64,000 bases of DNA from Ramazzottius varieornatus (lineage: Eukaryota > Animalia > Tardigrada): positions 1-64,000 of the forward strand of contig BDGG01000027.1 of assembly GCA_001949185.1 (NCBI GenBank). The letters are read 5' to 3'. The position numbers and the translations under genes are program-made. The notes under the pieces are model-generated. The model was not told the origin of the DNA. It ran no database searches and was given only the letters and a program-made list of their open reading frames with translations. This document shows positions 40,786 to 52,778 of the stretch, piece by piece. Every line of letters starts with the position of its first letter. Positions within the stretch are counted from its first letter, which is position 1.

Positions 40786-43596
40786 ATGTCTCGTAACGGA
40801 GAAACGGCCATGAACAGGTTGGACCAGATGAAGAGTCGCGAGCTGCTTGTCGAAGAACGAATGAGTCTGCGTCAAGAAGACTTCACCGCCATGTCCAAGT
40901 ACCTCTTCTTCTTCGGCACGTGGAACGTTAATGGTCAGTCTCCGCGGTCTCGCGAACCACTGGAACCTTGGCTGACGAACTTCGACGGACAGCCACACGT
41001 GTATGTCGTGGGCTTCCAAGAACTGGACTTGGATAAGCGTGCGTATGTTTACGAAGCGTCGATTCGCGAGGTGGAGTGGCTGAAAGCCGTGGAGAATACC
41101 ATCAGCAAGAAGGGAAGGTACAAGCTGGCGAGGTCTATTCGATTAGTAGGGATGATGCTGGTCATCTACGTCCTGGAGGAAGATATCGAGTACGTTACAA
41201 ACGTCGCAGCGGCGGCAGTTGGAACGGGCATTATGGGTTGGATGGGAAATAAAGGTAAAATTTGACCCTGGTTAAACCGCGCACTGTAGAAAATAGTCCA
41301 AAATACAAATCATCTACGCTTGGCCCACGGAATACTGGCCCATGAGTAGGGTGCGATTCTACTGAGCAAGTCACATTGTAGGCGGAAGTTATGTTGGCTC
41401 GTCCATCCTGGCCAAGTTGGCCAGTGTACTTTCTGGGTGTACACGTGCCTGGCCGCTTTGTTTCGTAATCTTTTAATGTGATTTTAGGTGCGGTTAGTGT
41501 TCGGCTAGAGTTTCACGGCAGTCACCTGTGCTTCATCTGCGCGCATTTCGCCGCGCACACCGAAGAAGTCGAGCGTCGCAACGAGGACTACCGCAACATC
41601 TGCGAAAGGATGGTCTTCACGCACCTCGAGTACCCGAAGCGCATCAAGGAACATGACATGATCTTCTGGGTGGGTGACTTTAACTACCGCATCGCCATCA
41701 GCCGGCACGAAGCCCACAAGATCCTTCAGGGTGACCTTCCTTCGCTCCTCAAAGACCTCGCAGACCATGACCAGTTGCAGCTTCAGATGACCCACCAGAA
41801 AGTCTTTCACGGGTACAAGGAAGGCAAGATAAAGTTCCGGCCGACGTACAAGTACGACATGGGGACTGATATGTGGGACAGCAGTGAGAAGGCTAGAGTG
41901 CCTTCCTGGTGTGACAGGATCTTATGGAAGTGTAAGGATGGGGAGCAGGTCGAGCAGCTGATGTACACGAGCGTGAAGGACCTCAGGTTGAGTGATCATA
42001 AACCGGTGATGGCGCTGTTCGATGTGGGCATTAGGGTTGTGGATAAGCCAAAGAAGAAGAAGGTGTATGAGACCGTGCTGAAAGAGATTGACAAGGAAGA
42101 GAACTCGTTCATACCTCAGGCTAATGTGGACCGGCAGGACTTCAAACTAGGCGAAATAACATTCATTCAACAGGTCGAGCATACGTTGACCGTGGCGAAT
42201 ACTGGACAGGTTCCGATTATATTCGAATTCATTCCGGCGTTGGGGAAGGAGTCTTACTGTAAAGATTGGCTGAAGATCACACCAAACAAAAGCAACATTT
42301 CCCAAGTATCATTTTACTGTAACGGAAACATACTAAGACAACTGAAACGCCGACAAACGAAACACAGAAGGTCGTAATCCTAAATGGCCACGCTTTCAGC
42401 CAATATGAACGAAACCGTGCGCTACTCGGAAATTCGACACGATTGCTTTTCCAAGTAGCGCATATTCCCAGGAATACTGGCTGAGAACGTGCGCCACTTG
42501 ACAAACCGATTTACTAAGTTTCATTTTCCGGCCTCCCACTCGACAAAATCAATTTTGCTATTAGTGTGCTTGTGCAGGGATTTTGACCTCGTGTGAAGTA
42601 ATCTCAGGAATGTCCGGATACTACAATTTGATTATTTTTCAGGGTGAAGTTTGCTACGTTGAGCTCCAGGTTTGTGTGGACAAGAAATCCGCCGCCAAGC
42701 TAACAACGGGCGCCGAAAAGCTGGAAGACATCCTCATCCTCCATCTGGACCGTGGCAAAGACTTCTTCATTTCCCTGCAAGGCGAGTACATTTCTAGTTG
42801 TTTCGGCATGAACCTGGAAGCCCTCGCCGCTCGCACTACGCCCGTTCGGCCTCACCTCTTCGTCAAGACGGAGCAGCTGATATCCTTTGACACACCCGAT
42901 CTCACTTTCGCGTCCAAAGTCGCGCTTTCCCCGCCTGCCCACATTCCTGTCGAAGTATGGATGCTGCTGTGTCACCTGTACACTTCCTCCACCGATATTC
43001 CCGACCTCTTTCTCCAGCCTGGTCTTCCTGAAGAGGTCGAAAAGATCCGTGACCACCTCGACGCGCGGTTACCGTTACCGCTACCCGGAAGTGGTCACTC
43101 GGTAGCCGAAGCGTTACTGCTTCTTTTCGACGCTTTACCTGAACCTTTAGTTCCTTTCAAACTGTACAATGAATGCTTAGAAGCTTCGGCAAGCTGGCCG
43201 ACTGCAAAGGTCGTTTTAGAGAAGTTTCCAAAGACGCACAGGGAAACGTTCAAAGCTTTCATGGTACTGCTGAGGAAGCTCCAACCACGGTGGGAACAGC
43301 ACTCGAGTACCGATCTTGGGACGTTAGAGATCCTGGCGGACTTGGTGCTGAAGCCTTCGGTGGAAGTGAATAAGAATATGGCGATCATGGGAGCGATCGG
43401 CAAAGGTGCGATGAAGCAGGCGATATCAAGAAAAAAGACGGCCTTCTTGCATATGTTTTTGGTGAATCGGCTAGATGACGAGCCGATCATTCCTTCCAGT
43501 CTTTCGCAGACTGGAGCTGCTACGAGTGATAATGGATTGGCAGCTCTTCCGCAGTCGAGGTCTGTTGTAACGTTTCCGGTGACTTTCACCGATTGA
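40786..43596 (+). CDS. OCRL: Inositol polyphosphate 5-phosphatase OCRL/INPP5B (5-phosphatase, ASH and RhoGAP-like domains; 3 exons)
   Basis: GTWNVNG, VGFQE, GNKGAV, FWVGDFNYR, PTYKY, PSWCDRILW, SDHKPV, ILILHLDRGKDFF, SCFG and HSVAEALL. Confidence 0.93.
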
Positions 43597-43991
43597 CGAT
43601 GTGACTAGAATTTTCTGTTTGGATGGTTTTTATTTTCCCTTGTTTTGTTCCGGGCATTTGGCTTATTAAGCTGTATTCTTAACCTTGGAATTTTTTCTGA
43701 TGGTTTCATGGAAAATCATGTCATACAGACAAGCAAAGGTCTTGACCACATCAGGAGGCTGTTGAAGATTAATGGTCTATCGGTTTTCCGAGCCTAGTAT
43801 CCCAGGCCAGTAGCTAGTTCGCTGACGCAACCGAACGGATTGGCAGGCCCTTGGGTGCTCATGTCACATTGCAGTTTAATTTGCAGCTTTTCCAGACCGT
43901 AATCCGTAATCCGCCTTCTCTTGGTTCCTGAGATGTTTTATTTTGCATCGTTGGAATTGTCCGATCCTCAACATTTCAGTTTGCGATTAAG

Positions 43992-44367
43992 ATGACTGCA
44001 CCAAAAGAGGTAAGTGGATTGTGGTCGGAAGAAGCGGTTACACTTTCTACAGTCTTATCGAGTATTTCCTTTTTTCCCAGCTCATCGATGTGAACTGGAA
44101 AATGAATCTCCAGCTTTCTCACTCGAAGATAGCAGACACTAAAACACAGATTGCTCTAGTGGAATTCCTTCTGGCTGATAAAGAGGCAAAGTCGACGGAG
44201 CAAGTTTTGGTGGAATTCACGAAGGACGAGTTAATGGATTTCTATAAAAAGGTGTGTCGAATTTTCGAGGATTTCTTTTCGTTGTGTAAGTACACGCACT
44301 GTTGATTGACCATTGTATCACTTTTTAGCTTGAAGAAATGCAAGCTCAACTGGACGCTCTGTTGTGA
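43992..44367 (+). CDS. COMM-domain protein, COMMD10-like, about 75 aa (3 exons)
   Basis: Spliced product MTAPKE|LIDVNWKMNLQLSHSKIAD...VEFTKDELMDFYKK|LEEMQAQLDALL. Confidence 0.8.
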
Positions 44368-45758
44368 TCCTCTGGATTCTAGTTGTCTGAAGTCTGAACG
44401 GAATTTTGTTAAGTTGTGAGATACCTTATCTTCTTCTTCTCTCATGTGATGTAAGACGTAGGAAGTACTGTACTGTATTCCCTCGATAGTTCCGCGAATT
44501 ACGTCTAATGCTAGTAAATTACACCCGCACTGGTATCCCTGATTGTTTGATTGTCGCCTATCATTACACTTGACTGGGGAGCAGTCTTTGATTGAAGGTA
44601 TAGATACTTTCTGTTCCCCGCCGGATGATATTTACCACGACGGTCACGTCATTCGCAGAACTTTCGAGGGAATCCAGTAACATTAAACCTGTTCCGTTGA
44701 ATAATGATGTTGCATCATATGAGTGAAACGACATACTGACATGACATATGAAATGTCAGTCGCGGCTTGCGAGTGGTTGTAATCAATCAGCTCGCTTTAG
44801 TCGCCTTACGGCTTACGATAAGTTGATTGAATCCGAATGTGAACTGGATTACTTGAACTCATCAGCAGCTCGTGCAGCGATGGACGGATGATTTACCCAG
44901 CCTGAAATCAAAAACAACGCAGTTGTCTCGTACGACCTGCGAAGAGAGGCTATAAATGGTAGTTTGGTCATCGGTGCGTAAGTCCTGTCTATACTAATCA
45001 GGAGGCCTGGTGCTCGAACGACATTCGAATCGGGTTTTTAAGCCTAAGAGATTCTGATTGGTTGATTGCCGTCTTTCCGTGGGGCTTTAATTTGATGTTG
45101 GAAGCCGTTGCTTGTTTCCGGTATTTCGCTGGGTAAATCACCCGTCCAACGCTGAGCTCATGCGTGACGAGTATTGAATTCTGGAGGGACTTAATCGATC
45201 CTAAAGTTCCGGATTTTCGAGATCTGGTGAGCTGAGGGTCGTGAAGTCTCTCTTTTCAGTGGGAACGTTGTTGGCTCGTTTTCAGTACAGCAGAGGAAGT
45301 GATTCAGTAGAGCGCGCAAGAGCTTTGTTCGATTCGTCATTCCGGTTTTACTGTATTGTTGGTTTTTCTAGCAGTCGATGACTGCATTTATCAGTCATCA
45401 GTGGCCAGACGAGCATCCTTTCATCGGGCAAGTTCAAAGCCATAGCGTGTGAACCTTCTGTGTACATAGAGGTTGTTTTGGTGTGAAATATCAGTCCATC
45501 AAGAGCGGTCATATGGTGATGATACCGTTGGCCGCTCCTTCGACGCTTAGGTGTTTTTGAGGGTCAAAGGTGGGACAGAGATGACTGAATATTTATGTTG
45601 ACTTTTCGTCTCAGCCATGGAAGTTATACAGGTGAGCGTTGCAAATCTGGCTCTCTACTTCATTCCGTGTAGTTTCTCCGTGCAAGATTTTGGTCGTTTT
45701 GTAGTCGGCGGACGAAACAGACGGCTCGGACAAATTTTCCTCCAGCAGCGACGAAGAG

Positions 45759-46575
45759 ATGGAGGAAATCCCGCAGCGGTGTTGTGATGGCAAGAAGTGG
45801 ACAGCTCTGGCAGAGGTTGCTCTCGCTATCCTTCTGATCGTTCTGGAGATCGTCAGTAAGTTCTTTCGCTGTAAAAGTTTAGTTAAGATGGAGAAACTAA
45901 CATCAGAGGCAGTTCGGACGTTGTAATTCATTTTACTGGCGCATAACGTCAACAACCATTGTCAGTGGGCTATGTCATGCTGTCCAGTGTCGTAAGTGTG
46001 ATGGAAAATACACCGCAGTGACGTCATGCGTTTAGTTTTGCATCGTATATGTTACATTACCTGACATCAACCGGAAGTTTCGGGGTTTCCAATTCCACCC
46101 GACGTTCTCTTTTATTTCTTCAGACGTGGCCATTCTCAATCCGTTCTTCAGGCAGTTCTGTCCTGGAATATGGATGGGGATAATATTCCTAGCGACCGGT
46201 GGCCTTTCGCTGGCGTATTTCAAGCTGGAGCACGTCCAGAACAAACGCCTTTCCATAATCGGGCCTCCTCCCACCCACTCACACACGCAGATTTTCCGCA
46301 TGATTTTCCTGATTATTAATTCTCTTTCCCTATCATTATGTATTGCCATGATTGCTGTTTTGGGTGTCGCCATTGACGCCTTGCGAAAGGAAGAAAAAGT
46401 TCCGATCGACAGTGCCTACTCGATGCTCCTCGTCATGATGGCCATTTACGTGCTCATATTTCTAACCACCGTCCTTGGCTTCGTCTTCCTTTCCCGATAT
46501 AGAAGTCCGGAAATGAAAGTTGTACCTCAAAGGGATATTACGGTGGTTTGCGAGGAAGCCGAACTGACTGTTTGA
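45759..46575 (+). CDS. Four-pass membrane protein, MS4A/CD20-like (2 exons)
   Basis: Exon 1 MEEIPQRCC...EVALAILLIVLEIV|gtaagt. Exon 2 has PGIWMGIIFLATG plus two further hydrophobic helices. Confidence 0.7.
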
Positions 46576-46927
46576 ATTTTTCAGAATCTTCTTTGGAATT
46601 TTTACTGAATTTCTACTGTATTTGACATTCCGTAGATCGATCTTCAGATCTTTTGCACGATCACAGATTCTTTTACGAAGTGTCGAATTTTCTATTTGGT
46701 TAACGGAGAAGAGCACAATTACGCGAACGTTCCTACGCTGATTAGTAACACATCAGTCTTCTTACTTGTTCTTTGCCTTTGAAATGAAGTCAACAACGAA
46801 CTTCGACAAAATTATCTTTGACCCATTTCGCTTTGCAGGCTTTCGCTTGTCTGCAAAAACTCACATAGAAAAGTTTCTAACGTACAGTTTGGCTTGAATT
46901 ATTCACAGCCTGTATTCTTTTCGTACC

Positions 46928-49900
46928 ATGAAGACCCATTTGGGAATATTATTTGCTCAGCTCAGCTGGATCTTCTTTGTAAACGGCGAACGACCCATCG
47001 AATCAGGTAAAAACCGCGGAATGATTTCGAAAATACTGTAGCACCCAGTAAACATGCTCGTCAAGGCAATTTTTTTCAAGTGGCGCCCACTCTAGCTAAC
47101 TTAACACCCTGTAGACGTGCGCCACTTGGGAAAACCAAGAAAATCGATCAGATCGTTCTCTCGGGTGGCGCACGCTCCCAGCCGATATCACTAAAAAGAT
47201 GCGTCACTCGGGAATACGGTATTTTCCAGCTTGTTTGTCTGGGTCCCAGACGTTAGAATGCTCAATAAATTTTATCGATAGTCCAGCTTTGAGAAGATCA
47301 ATTCTCACTCTTCTGCCTTTCAAAGGTTTCTTGCTGAAAGTTTTGTTATTCTTATTGGTCTTTGCTGAATGTGGTTTCCGTTCCAGTTGCAGGGAAACTA
47401 TGTCGCGGTCCGCCTCGCATCACCGTAGGCTTTTGCGTAGACCAGTCCGAGGATGTCTCTGAAGTTTGCGTAGGAAAGAACGTAGTAATCCAGCGATCAG
47501 CCGATTGTGGAATCGGTAACTGGTGCTGTTTGGGTTCTGACGAGTTCGTGGACGTGAACGTTCCGCCACCGCCTCCGCCACCCATCAAGGAATCGTTCGT
47601 GGTCCCCAGTGGAGGACATGTGGCGCAGAACGGCGTGTTCGACGCTGTCGATAACGCGCCCTGTGGACTAGGGAACACTCTGAGGAGCGCTGCTGGAGAT
47701 AGCTCCGTCATCTCTAGCATTAGAAGGTTCGCCAGGGTCTACAAGGGCGTACTGACAGAAGTTGGAGACTTTTGCTGGGTGGTAAGTTATTCATTTTAAA
47801 AACCTTGCAGTTTATATTTCGAAAAGAAAACGAATACGAGGCTTGGAACCGATAGGAGATTTGATTCAGCTTTTGTTGTTCAGTTTCGAATTGGTTAGGC
47901 TCATTACAGGGTGATCCCTGTACGTTGGAACGATTTTGAAAATTCGTGGTAAAGTCGCTTCTAGTTCTACATTTCCAAACTTCAACTCGTTCGATAGAGC
48001 ATGTCTTCATCTTGAATTTTTGTGGAGGTCTCAACAAAACGTTGATCGTTTGATTGTTGTGGGCCACTGAAAACATGAATTTTACGGGTAAGAAGTGGGA
48101 ACCTCGGTTAAATTATTTATATCTGACTGGCAAAACGATTACATTTCCTCACAAAAATTGTTTGATGAGGAAAGTACGTTTGGACTGAATATTGGAGAAC
48201 AAACCGACCGTTCGAACACGCTGCGGACGGATAAAACTGGAAATAGTTCAAAAAATAGGAGAAAATATTTGCCTACCCCTCTGAGTTTCAGCAATATTAC
48301 AGCTCACTAATCCAATCATGTGCACGAACTCGTGAATGATATTTTTCTACTATATCTAGAAAGGTTTTCCAACAGAATAGCATCAACGAAATTATACTGA
48401 AACGTTTCGCACGCAAACAAACCAGCCTGAAGTGCATTGCATGTTGGTTTTGCGAAAACTTTTTGATTTCCACCTAGTTCCCGTCTTCAGCGCTGTGCTT
48501 CTTCTTGACAACGACACCCCGACAAAAGTTTTACACAATGTTTTTGATAGTTACACGTATCTGGGAACGAATTTTCGAAGTAGTGAAAGCACAGCTCATT
48601 TTCTATTCACGTCCAAAATCGTTCCAACTTGTAGGGATCACCCTGTACTTCAATATAGTTCATGTATTGGACTCCCATGTTTTGCTGAGGTTTCTACTTC
48701 AGGTCTCCGGTCACTTGGGGTACTGAGGGCTCTCAATCTTTCATGATCATCCATGCAGCCCAAATGTTCTATCTAATAGCGATTTTGATACATAGTTGAA
48801 TTTGTAACTCGCTCCGCTCTACAGTATGATTTCATCAATTCCATTTTTGAACAGGTTTTTCAAATACGAAACTGCAGCGAATTTTCAACAGACCATAGTG
48901 CTGCCTACCGTAAATTTTGTTGATCACGAGTGCTAATGGATTTTTCCATAGGCTGCCCTGTTCGATGCCGGAGACACCAAGCGTAATATCCCACAGACGT
49001 TTGTTTGTGCAGCCACCATCATCAATTCGACACACATCCTGACCGCAGGCCATTGCGTTGACCGGTACCTTAGTCAGCCCAGCCGGCTGATCGTCCAAAC
49101 TGGCACAGACAGTGCGTCGACGTTGGCGCTGACGGACCCCAGCAGCTGTGCACAGCAGCTCCCGGTCGTAGAAATCATTCTGTCCCAGCGATATGATCCC
49201 GACAACCTTCTGGAAGACCACGCATTACTTCGCGTCGCGGGAACCATCCGAGCTGATGGATGCACTTGTCGAGTGTGTCTTCCGGATCGAACTGTTACGC
49301 GGGACACGACCAATGTGTTATTATGTTGGGTCGCTGGCTTCGGTTCTACGACCGGTAAGCTCTACTTTCCTGCTTTGTTCGCTTTTGCATCCGTTTCAAG
49401 GGTGATCTGCCTTTTTCAGAAGGTGCCGCAAGCTCGCTGCAGCTGACGAAGTCGCCAATAGCGGTTAGTGCACCCAGGTCAAGTTGCGCACTGTTTCGGG
49501 ACACTCATCACTCAGACCGTTTCCAATTTTAGTTTGTGAGGCGGGATATTTGTGAGGTTACTTTGGGCAAACTTCTTTCCAGCGGGGTCGAGAGGCTTCC
49601 GCTTCCGGATTCAGCGTTCTGTGCGGGAGACGCCCAACATGGCGGACTGTGCACGAACGACGGAGGAGCCCCATTGACATGTCTCATCGGGTAAGTTTCG
49701 AAAGTCGGATCGCGGTGTATCAACGCTCGACTCTCGGCTTCAAAACTGGAGTCGCGTGTGTGGGCTTGTCAGACTCGTACTGTTTGCGCTGAATGGTGGT
49801 AGTACTAGCCAACGGCCTTTCATTTTCCTTCTTCCCGCTGGTGTCATTATAGAATTGTCTATGTTATACTCTTTGTCTTTTAGTGGTCGCCATACAATAC

Positions 49901-52069
49901 TGGGTGTGGGTAGCTGGTCAATCGACTGTTCGCAGTACCCCAGCGTTTTCTCGTCCATCTCCGCCTGTTCCGGGTTCTTCTCCAACGCCGACCTGCCATG
50001 CAGCGCCAAGAAGTCCGCGCTCCGGCCCACCTTCGCCCTAACGGACCTGAGTAGCGGACCCACTTGTGGTCTGCCCGGTACAAGCGACATCGACCCTTTC
50101 CGGCTAGCCAAGCAGAGCAGGCAAAACCAGCTAGCTGAAACCAACAAAGTCAAGGCCGCCATTCAGGAACTGATGGAATCGATGGAAGTCGGACGCCCGA
50201 CTAGTGCGCCCACCATAGCCACGATTGGTGAAGACACGGTGCCCGCTTCTTTAAACGAGCAGAACTTTGGGGATGCCGACGAAAGATTGTTACCAGCCCA
50301 GTTTCGAAGATCCATGATGGTAGCAGCAGAGTCACCTATCAGTGTGGCCGGTCAGTTTCCGGAAAGTTCAGTGGTGGGAGGCCAGCCGGTGCCCAAGAAC
50401 CAAGTGTGCTGGCAGGTGCTGGTTTCTAGCGGTTGCGGAGGAAGCATCATTTCAGACCAGCATATCCTGACTGCCGCCCATTGTGTCACCCAGTAAGTAC
50501 CTCCACGTCTAAGTCTTGTTCGTCTAAAATTACCGGTGAACAGAATTTCGCTCTTACCTAAGAGGTCCATCGGGCCACAAATTTTCGCATCTCCTTGTTA
50601 CCAGCACATCACAACTGAGGTGGAACCTTCCCTTCCATGATACAGTGTTGCTTCCTTCGTTCCTTGAGGCCTGAGCAATGTAGGCAAAGTCCACCGCACA
50701 CAACTGCGGACGATCTGAAACTTGTCTTGTTTTCGTGGTCCGATATCCACGACGTTGGATATTGTTACTTATCCAGCGGCAGAAGCATTCGCTCCGCTTG
50801 GCTGAATTCCGTGTACTGCGGCTCTTTTGGTTCTTTTCTGCGCCGGACTTGCAAACCATCAACGAGTTTACCAGTTTTCTCTCACCCAGCCTGGCATTGT
50901 CTGCATTGCATGATCGAACAGTGCAATCAATGGTTCAAAGCCGAACTAGCCGACACAGGGATTTTTTTTGCTGGAAGCAGCAGGAGCCGCTTTGAGGTTG
51001 AGTGAACCCGGAAACTGTGTCTGTTGATGCCAAGACTTTTGTTTGGGCTCGTTGTTTCGAAGCCATCGTGAATTCTCTGGATTGCTGATTCGATCGGAAG
51101 GTCCCTCGACCGCAGCGGCAAGTTTTGTAGCATCGTTGGGCAGATGGATGACAGGAAACTCTCACTGGGCCCTCGATCACCTCACTTGGTTTCATGGCTC
51201 GTATGACCAGCAAACTACTACCAACCTCGCGAAAGTTTTCCTTTTTTTGCCGCTTGTGAACCTGTGTCATTTCGCTTCAGAAAAGGAACAAAAATACCCA
51301 AGGACCTATCGCAGCTAAAGGTGGTCTTGGGCGCCAGCATTTCTCCCGTCAAGTTTCCGCTGGATGGCTGCCAAGAAATCCGCAACGTTCGACGGGTGTA
51401 CGTCCATCCCGACTACTTCCTCGGTAACGACTCGGCACTTTACGTCTCCAGTGACATCGCCATCATCGAGCTAGCCAGCCCCATCGACTTCTCCAAACCT
51501 TGCGTCTGTCGCGTCTGCCTCCAAGACTCAGAACCCGCTGCCGGTAAGTCTTCTCTCGCACTTTACCATCATTGCTTGATTCTTATACTACTACTGTAGG
51601 TGAAACATGTACCATCACGGGCTTTGGGTGTCAGGAACCCACGAAGCCCGGTTCTCCCTGTAGCGGTCGCGGTGATCGTGCTTTGCAAAAGCTCAACGTG
51701 GTCATGCCTGGGGACGATGTCTGTTCGACCTTCTTCCAGGGTTTCCCGTCGGATAAGGTAACCTGCTCGGCGTCCGGCTTGGGACGCGCTCCCTGCTTTG
51801 GAGACAGCGGTGGACCCATTGTCTGTTACAACAACGAGCGCAATACCCACTACCAGGCCGGTGTGACCAGCTTTGCCATTTTCCCCGATGGTGCAAACGG
51901 CTGTGGGTCTGGAAACAACAACTTTCAGTACTACACCAAAGTCAAGCATTTCATTCCTTGGATCCAGCGTAAGCCAATATCCCATCATTGCAGTTCGCTC
52001 CGTCATAAAATTATTGAGCTTCAATGTAACCAAATCTGTTACACGGAGCTGTTGTGTCCCACGCTTTAA
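46928..52069 (+). CDS. Secreted protein: clip-like domain + non-catalytic serine protease homolog + catalytic serine protease; 3' end uncertain
   Basis: Signal peptide, then a Cys-rich clip-like module ending CGIGNWCC. Domain 1 has TAGHC/DHALL/NDGGAP. Domain 2 has VVGG/TAAHC/DIAII/GDSGGP. One exon (about 49884-50493) links the two domains in frame. Confidence 0.85.
47907..48645. mobile_element. Tc1/mariner-type MITE (CAGGGTG ends) in a protease intron
   Basis: TA|CAGGGTGATCCCT...GTTGGAACGATTTTG is mirrored by CAAAATCGTTCCAAC...AGGGATCACCCTG|TA. Confidence 0.85.
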
Positions 52070-52778
52070 ACACCTTACGAAGAAGAAAGAGTCGAAATGT
52101 TTTACGTCATTTTCTATAGCGGTATCATAGCGGATCTGTGCAATTGCAGGCTTTGTTCCCGACGTGATGGTGACAGTACCCAGTCGCTTTCTGTTTCAAG
52201 CCTCGTTCAATATTGACTTGGGCGATGGAGTATCCAACATTGTCACCAACAATCAGCTCCTTCCCGCTCAGTGATCTACACTCCTGTGGTAGCTCATGCG
52301 CCATCAACGAGACAAGAGACCCACGAGACAAGAGACCCAGAAAGAGTCTGCCATAGCTCGTCCAGCGGCGAACGTTTATTCGCGCTCGCATGATCACCGC
52401 TTCATTCATTAATTTATGTATAGACAATGCGTCTACAACTCGAACACTGCCCATCAAAACAACATAATAGCAAACTAAAACATTGGTGCTACTGCCTTTC
52501 ATTGATATCACATGAAGACCATACCCACTGCAACAAACTGTCCATGTAGCTCGTGCGTTGCACCTTTCAAAGTGAGACAATGAAGGAGAGATGAGGTACG
52601 AGTTTTCAGGTTGGATCGCAGAAATCATGGAGAGGGATTTATCTCACGCTGTTTAGGAGCACATTAATGCAATTAGTAACGTGGTTGTGGTGATCTGAGC
52701 TCTTCGCAGCAAGAGCTCTTGAAAATGAGTCAAACACTGGACGTTCTAATCAGGCTGCTAGTCGATGCGAAGTTGACC

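Noticed and set aside
43000-43030. Gln instead of the arginine finger in the RhoGAP-like domain (LFLQPG)
   Set aside because: This is an established feature of OCRL, not a novelty.
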